Below, in pieces: positions 56,373 through 64,000 of a stretch of DNA of 64,000 bases; positions within the stretch are counted from its first letter, which is position 1; every line of letters begins with the position of its first letter. The notes beneath the pieces were generated by a model that made no database searches, was not told the origin of the DNA, and saw only the letters and a list, made by a program, of their open reading frames with translations. The stretch is taken from the NCBI GenBank assembly GCA_012295275.1, contig CM022666.1, forward strand, positions 7,688,001 to 7,752,000. Reading direction: 5' to 3'. This DNA is from Chrysomallon squamiferum. Taxonomy: Eukaryota > Animalia > Mollusca. The translations under genes were made by a program, and so were the position numbers.

Positions 56373-59300
56373 ACTGGTGCAGTGAATCAGGAATTTTACA
56401 AAGACTCAGACCTCACAATTGGCTCTGTGATTAACGTGTGGGGCAGAAAGGTTGTGCTGGTGGATTGTGATAATTTTACCAAGGAGTACTACAAGACCAA
56501 ATATGGAATCAGTAAGACTGATTTACTCACTACTTTTATCTATATACTAAGTTTTAGATTTATTTCATTAAGAGTTTTTATTTGTTTATATATGTATTTA
56601 TATTTTGTATTTTACGAGGAGGGTTCAGTGGAGTTTTTTATTATTATTATTATTATTGTAATTATAATTATTATAATAATTATTATTATTATTATTATTA
56701 CTTCTTTTTAATTTAGATATTTCAAAAATTTAAACATCACAAAGATATATACATTAATGGTTGTAGCTGAATTTTATTTAAAAAATCATTAAATAAACTA
56801 CAGTTTGTAGACAATTTTATTTTAGAAAGAGAAAAAAATCATTCTAATTTTATATTTATACTGTCTTTTCCAGCTGACTTCCCCCAGGTATCATACAAGA
56901 GAACAATACCCTGTGAAATCAAAAGAGAATATCCACCATACAATGGTTTTGGCAGTGAGGAGGATTCCCTGTGTTCATGCATGGGTCTTCTACCAAAACC
57001 ACCACGGCGCGACTTTATCAAGTTCATGGAGCGTGACAGACAAGGTCTTGACAGCAATGTGCTGAGGTTCCTGGCACGACTGGAAACTGACAAGCCAATT
57101 GACAAGGATCGTCGATTTATCATCTCCTACTACCTGTGCGATGACACAGTACAAGTGTTTGAACCACCTGTCCGTAATTCAGGTACTGATTACTGTTGCT
57201 TCTAAATAAGAACACACACTTACTGTATAATTCAAAATCCTTGAGCCATTCAGACTGCATAAAGAATACTGATCATGGAAAAAAATAAATTCTATTGCCA
57301 TAAAAGTAATAGCTTTGGCGATACAAAGTGTAAATATATGTTTTGTAAATTACTAATTCTAACATGGGTGCTAGTTAATAACCTTACACACACACACACA
57401 GGCGAAGATAAATCTATGATTTATTATTTTCTAATTTCAGGCATTGTTGGAGGTAAATTCCTTGAAAGGGGTCGTGTGAAGAAACCAGACCAGCCCCGCT
57501 ATGGACAGGAACTGTCGCAGTACTATTCCAGCAATGATCTGTTTGTTGGTGCCACTGTGGAATTCAACAAACACAAGTTTGTCATCATTGATGCTGACGA
57601 GTATGCATTCCGATACATGGAAAACCAGTGCAGTGATGTAAGAAACAGAATTTCTTTCTTCTTTTTTTTCACTCAAAATATCATTATTTGTTTATGTGAT
57701 TGTTGTTGCTTAAGTTTCATTATTTGCAATTTTTAAATTGATTCTAATCTGAATTGTGATTAATTAATGTCTGTGTAGTACATTTAAATTTTAATATTAT
57801 GTATTAAAAATAATGTCTGTTGGTGCAGAAGTTAAGTGTTTATCTCAGTTAAAATTACAAATAACCACTCCATAATGACAGTAAATGATATTGGGAATAA
57901 CAGTTTAATTATAGTTAATATTATTTATTTATTGATTTTTTTTATTTATTTATTCATTTGTTCATTTATTTATGTATTTATTGTTTTATTGTTTCATTAC
58001 CAATATTTAGAAATTGTAATTTTTAATACATCTCTGTAACAAACAAAAACAATTAACAAAATCATTGATACTTTTTCAGTATCAGTATGGAGATGTTCTA
58101 AGAATTGGACGAAAGCTTGTTGAAAAGGCTGGCCAAAATGTGGAGGACATTCAAGCTTTCTTTGCCCGCAACGATCCCAGCGGCACTGGGGTAATTCCGT
58201 ATGACCTCTTCCGCAACCTCATACTACAACTCGACAACACCCTTGTCGAGCATGAGATAATGACACTGGCACGCTACTACAGTGAGCAAAAGAAAGACAA
58301 TCAGCCGGACTGGGAAAAACTGGTGGCCATTGCTCAAGAATATCTGAGGAAGAGAAATTTTGAAAGTTTTGGATGTCTGACGGAGAGCTTTATATATGAG
58401 GATGTTAACAAGTAAGTTATTAATTTTCATTCTTTATAGCTTACTGAAAATTTGTTTTAAAAATGTTGTTTTTTGGGCAGAGTTTTTCCAACTCCATTAT
58501 CTTCATTCTTTTACGAATTTTTGCCTTTCAGTTTAGTTAATAATATAACAAAATAAATCAAAAGAAGAAAAACCAGCTTTTTGGCATCATTATTGGCTTA
58601 TATATATAGTGTTTCTCCTACTAATGATTAGGAGGGCAGCCTGCCCTGCCCCTGCACAAGTAAACAAATACATATAGTAATTTTAAGCACTAACAGTCAT
58701 ACATGAATGGCACATTTTTGCACAAAGAAACATATTTTAATATTAATAAACAACTACAAACAGAACTTTTTAGTGCCAATAAACAAACACAAACAGTACT
58801 TTTTGGTGCCAATAAACAAATAGAAATAGCACCATGAACTGTTTGTGAAAGTTTAACCATGCCCCCTTTTCTATCTGTGCCCTGCCGATTTTCAGTCTGG
58901 GGGACGCAAACAAATAAACACATACACACACAACAGAACAATAGCAGCAAGAAAGGATAATGTCTTGAATAACCATTAAAAATATATACAGTACACTCTT
59001 AGGCTATTTCTTCATATCAAAAGTTACATATTAATATTCATTAATTGTAATGTGATGAACAATTTATTTTTCAGCACTGGTTATGTCAGCACAGATATAA
59101 TTCGTACTGTGTTCCATTCTCACCATGTTCCACTGCCTGATGATCTCCTCAGGGCTGCTGTAGTTGTGTGAGTATTTTCAACATCATTGTAATCATCATA
59201 AAAGTATGTATACCAAAGTTTCATGGACTGTTATTTAAAATATCCAGTTTCTAAACATTAGTTGAATTATTTACATTAGGGCATAAAATGTGGCTTCCTG

Positions 59301-59601
59301 TAAAAACAAAACTATATATTTTTTTTTTTTGTGTGTGTGTGTGTTCTGAGGTGTCAGTAAAGGCTCTCCATTCATTCATTCATTTGGTTTTGCTTGCAGT
59401 GCCCCTAGCAATGATCAAGGTGAGATTGACTATGTCCAGTTTGTGAAACAATTAAACTGGAGGGATTATCCTGTTCCATGCATGCCTGCAGAGCCAATAG
59501 AAGAGGAATGTAACTGGCAAGGCACAGTGCAGAGAAACCAGGTCACAGCAGTCAACTACAAGGCACTACTTTCCGATGTCTTTAAGGCACACCAAGACTG
59601 A
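53140..59601 (+). CDS. EFHC2: EF-hand domain-containing family member C2 (3 DM10 domains plus EF-hand region; ciliary microtubule inner protein), 10 exons, 744 aa
   Basis: Exons 53140-53181, 54060-54399, 54745-54968, 55597-55953, 56373-56511, 56874-57182, 57441-57637, 58080-58411, 59075-59167, 59400-59601 are all GT-AG and phase-consistent. N-terminus MALPYLPGNSFNK.LGKTKFHKS and motifs PAWVAFDRQVL.FDAYFQE, FLDHDRHVLRFYCYWDD, PPYNGFGSEEDSL, R.FIISYYL.DDT.QVFEPPVRNSGI.GGKFLER, LNWRD.P are characteristic. Confidence 0.95.
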
Positions 59602-61202
59602 GCCTTCCCTCACCCAAGAGATTCACAGGAAAATTACTGTTGGTTCATCCTGTATTGTTTATCATCAAACATTTTATTTCAGTATTTTTTTAAAACAATT
59701 TTTTTTTTTAAATGTATTTATTTATTTTATTTTTATTTATTTATTTACTTTTTTGAGTGGGTGGCTGAAATTGAAGAAATAAAATGAAAGAGGACAAACT
59801 AAATTTGAAAAAAACATTTTTAACTTACAATATTTTAATTTTATGGTAATAATGTGATAAGAAAATATACAATGATAATGAATACTATGTGTAAAATTAC
59901 AGAAAAAATGGTGTTGTTTTCCCTCTTTTTTTTTCTTTTTTTTCCTAAAATCAAACCTCACATTAAATTTCTTTTTTTACTTCTTCATCAGAATATTAGA
60001 AAGTGTATGTGCATTTTTTAACACAAGGCAAGAACTTTTTTCTTTTAGACATATTCAGTATTGTTATATCAGTATTTGTATTAAACATAACTTAAAAAAT
60101 AATAATTTCAGTTTTATAAGTGTAGTAAGAAATATCACCATGTTTTCAAGCATTTTCATTTGTATTCTTTGTTATGTGATAAAAGTGAAGCATAAATAAT
60201 TTTACCATAGCAGCATTTTAGGCAACTTTTAGGTATAAATATTTTATATTCTTCACTTATTGAAATATGTATGAGTTATGTATAGTTGAAAATACATAGT
60301 TTATCTGAAAACTTAATAAATGTGTTGGATAAAGAAATATCTGTTTTTACTGTCAACATATTTTATTCTATATTTTTTTTTTTTGTTGTTGTTTCTTTGG
60401 AAACCACTTTCTTGTAACAAATTATAAATAGAAAAAACACTAAAAACAACTACAGTGAAGTGAAATAGATTCAGTATTCTTAATAGCTGCTGTATTAATA
60501 TTTTACACTGACAATATTATGTGCTTTGTTTTAAAACTGTGATAGAGATACTGGTTATATATAAAGGATTTCACAATAAATTATTTATACATTAATTTGT
60601 TGTTACTGTTATTCTTTATGTATAAATTATTCAAAAATATAAAATATACTTAATCTCAGTATGTTTGATCATTTAATCATTTTAAGAGCCATTTTTGCTA
60701 AACATCAAATTCAAGAAAACTAAGAAAACATATAAATTGTAAGAATAATATCAATATTATTTAAGTATTGAAAGAACAGTTTATCAAATATTAAGTCATA
60801 TAATACAGTTCAGTCAGAAATTTCCATTTAAATTTTATTCAAGTTACCTACATCTACATAATATGTTATGCAATAAAAAAAAATTAAAATAATAATAAAT
60901 ACATTTTAAAATCATGTTTAATACTGATGTAAGTTTTGTGTGAATTATATCAAATTCTTTTCAGTTAAATTTGCAAAACTGAAATTTAAATATTGTATCT
61001 GTAATGTTTGTATTAAGGTGAAAATCTAAGGTAAATTATTCATCTATCTATTTAAAACATCATATAATATTATGTATTTAGACCCATACATATTTTAATA
61101 AGTTTCAAACCTAAGTGTAAGAGGTCACATAATTAATGTATGTATTATGGGTGGTGTGTAGTTTTAACTATTTTAGTTGGTGGTTTTAAATATTTTTGTT
61201 TA

Positions 61203-61510
61203 CAGGTTAAGATTCCTTATCCAAAATTTAAAAAACCAAAAAGCTCTGAAATCCAAAACCTTTTCCAAGCAGCAGAAATACTGATATCTTACAGTTTTAG
61301 GACTCTGTTGCATTCTTTATGCCCCAAATTATTAAAAATATTATATAAAAAAGCCTGCAGACTATCTGCATAACCTGTATATGAAAAATATATGAAATTC
61401 TTGCTTAGATTCTATTCTTATGCTATCTCTTTATATTCAGAAATTCTAAATATTCAGAAATCTGAAATACTTCTGATCCCATACATTTCAGATAAAGGAT
61501 TTTCAACCTG
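61203..61510. mobile_element. pogo/Tigger-like MITE, 308 bp
   Basis: TA|CAGGTTAAGATTCCTTATCCAAAA ... TTCAGATAAAGGATTTTCAACCTG|TA: imperfect TIRs with a TA target site. Confidence 0.75.
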
Positions 61511-62003
61511 TAGTATATTTTATTCTGCCATCTTTTAGTTAATTCAGCCTGAATTTGAAAGGTTATATTTTTACATTTACTGAATATTTAAATACCTTAA
61601 AATGAAATAAAAACAGTACTGAAAAGAAAAGGCCAGTGGTGGTTGCAGTATAAACAAATAATTATAATTTGATTTTATATCCTTCAAAATCTAGCATCAA
61701 AATTATGACTTTAATGATTAAAATGAAATTTTGTAATGTTATGCAGTAACATCAAAATTAATGGTTTAAAAAATATAATACATTTTAATCAATATTTGTC
61801 AGACAAAAATTCCAATTTTCACTGAAATAAAGTTATTAACATAACAATTGTTAAGTTCAGTACACTAATTATTATAATGATGTAAAGTGTGAATTTTCTT
61901 TCAACAATGAAATGGAAAAACAAAAGCCAGTTGATTTCATGAAATTTTGTACCATTTTTGTCTTAAAATCTCATACCATTAATTTGATGAAGTGCTGTAC
62001 AGT

Positions 62004-62940
62004 TCATTTCATGAAGTCTTGTAGAGTTTCATGAATGCTGTTCAGTTCTTCTTGAAGCTGATTCAGGAATTTCTGAAAAGACTGATTCTCTTCTTTAATC
62101 ATCATCCTTGAAAAAAAAAAAAAAAAAAAAAAATTAAGAAATCAAATGAAATTAAAAAAAAAAAAAAAAAAAAAAAAGTTTAAGTTGAATAAAACTGATT
62201 TAAAATTTAGTAAAACAAAACAGAAATTAACAAGAAAAACAAAATGAAAGATGGGACAGTTCAGTGCAAAAAAAAAATGAATTACTTAAATACTATATTG
62301 TACTGACCAGCTGAGAACATAATGAAGCAGAGTGATGTACACTACAACTGAATACCAACTTTTGATTACAAATTTCTAGTTTGAAGTTCTTGAAAATAAA
62401 ACTATATGAGAAATTTTGCATTGTGTTTGTGGGTATTAAAGTTTTAGATATGAAGATTATTACATTTCTTTTATAACTTCATGAATGTCAAATCCTGCTT
62501 GAAAAGACTGAAAAATAACATACACTAGCATGGTATCAGTGATGATTTTAAAGTTTAGATTATTACTATCTCAAGTCCTGTCTGAGATTCCAGAAAAGTA
62601 GAGGCATACCAGTATGGTATTGATTGTGATATTAAAATTTTAGAATTGAAAATGAATATGAATAAAATAATTGAATCACCACACGGTTCTGCGAATTTCA
62701 ACTGGAACTCCTTCATCATCCGTACTCACAGGTTTGTTCATTTTCTGCAAGTCTTTCTTCAGCTGTTCTAACTTTTTGTGGTTGTCAAAGGCTGTGAATA
62801 TTTTAATTATTAACTGAATGAATAAATAAATAAATAAATAAATGGACAAACAAACAAACAAATGTTTGTTTAATGACACATATTTCCTGTGAAGTTATTC
62901 ATTAATGTTTACTATATTTTTATTTTTATTATTTATCCAT

Positions 62941-63000
<60 letters not shown>

Positions 63001-63903
63001 AATTTTAAATGCATTTTCTTTCTTTTTACGAGGAAAATATGAAAAAAAAATCATACTAGTTTAAAACAAATGCATTTTCTCAGGAATACCTTTTTCAAAC
63101 CAATGTGAGACACTAGCTACAACTGGAAAAAAAAACCTACCATTCCTCAAAATCATTCTTTGATTATATTCTTTAAAATGTTTTAATTTATATTTATATA
63201 ATTATAGTTTAAGGATATAAAAAAGGAAAATAAAATAAACAATTAATGTATTTGTATTTTTCATTTTTCTATTCATTCATTCATTCATTTATATATTAAA
63301 TACATTACAAAGTAAAGACTTACACTTTCCTTCTAGCTCAGTAATTTTCTTTTCTGAAGAAATCAATTCATGCTGAACATTGTCATCTTTCTGAAAAAAA
63401 GTAATTTCTAAAGCTTATTTTAAAAATTCCATCCAAGAGAGTACCATCTATTTAGTAAAATTAACATAAATTTTGTTAACTCAGATTAATAGATATGAAT
63501 GAATCTAAATGTAACTGACAACATTTTATATTACCAGTTTTTACATTTCAAATGTTTTATATTTTCATAATGAAGAAATAAGAGGGGAAATCCACAGACA
63601 CCTAAAAATTCACTTAACTTTATAACAAGCAGTAAAGATCTTCTTATAAATAGGGAGGTATATGTCACAATCTTTGTTAATCTGGTCATGTGATACTGTC
63701 CAGACTCTTATAAAAGCTTTCATGCAGGAATAAACAACTGTATTATAGCAGGATTGATTTAATAGGAGAATCAGTTAACAGGTTTCTAGTTAAACTGAGA
63801 TAATGTATACTGAATGTTTAGTGTTTTATTTTTACATACATAAAGCAGTCTAGAATTCTTCAGTTCTGTAGCAAGTTCTACCAATTTATCTTCAAACTCA
63901 TTG
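62004..63903 (-). CDS. Last four exons of a coiled-coil protein, possibly SYCE1-like; the 5' part lies beyond the window
   Basis: Exons 63840-63903, 63324-63390, 62680-62791, 62004-62106 are phase-consistent (2-0-1-2) and give NEFEDKLVELATELKNSRLLYKDDNVQHELISSEKKITELEGKSFDNHKKLEQLKKDLQKMNKPVSTDDEGVPVEIRRTVWMMIKEENQSFQKFLNQLQEELNSIHETLQDFMK*. Confidence 0.75.
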
Positions 63904-64000
63904 CTGAAATAAAAACAAATATATATTTAAAGTTATCTGTAGTTCTTGTGCTCACAAGATTAAACATCTACTGTTGTAATAAAACACACACACACTTGCT

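Overview
AT-rich, microsatellite-laden eukaryotic DNA with spliced genes. The gene families suggest a mollusc or other lophotrochozoan (inference). Most long ORFs in the track are repeat artefacts. Splicing exons by hand, with GT/AG and phase checks, gives six genes: (1) a 2-exon secreted single-kringle protein (+, 4965-6625); (2) a ~20-exon VWDE-like gene (-, 12047-28274; D8C, VWD, Pro/Thr linker, EGF, tandem Cys-rich repeats) with a +1 frameshift and an apparently missing VWD exon; (3) a degenerate chitin-binding paralog (-, 31192-31713) next to a truncated Tc1 element; (4) an intact 10-exon chitin-binding x5 / sushi / galectin-like gene (-, 35692-44985) in which one splice acceptor is amplified into a ~29-copy 34-bp minisatellite; (5) EFHC2 (+, 53140-59601) with an RFX X-box; (6) the 3' end of a coiled-coil, possibly SYCE1-like gene (-). 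A complex local duplication plus inversion copied the VWDE 5' half to 47.4-52.4 kb and the EFHC2 promoter to 29.4 kb. All domain calls come from motif recognition, not database searches.
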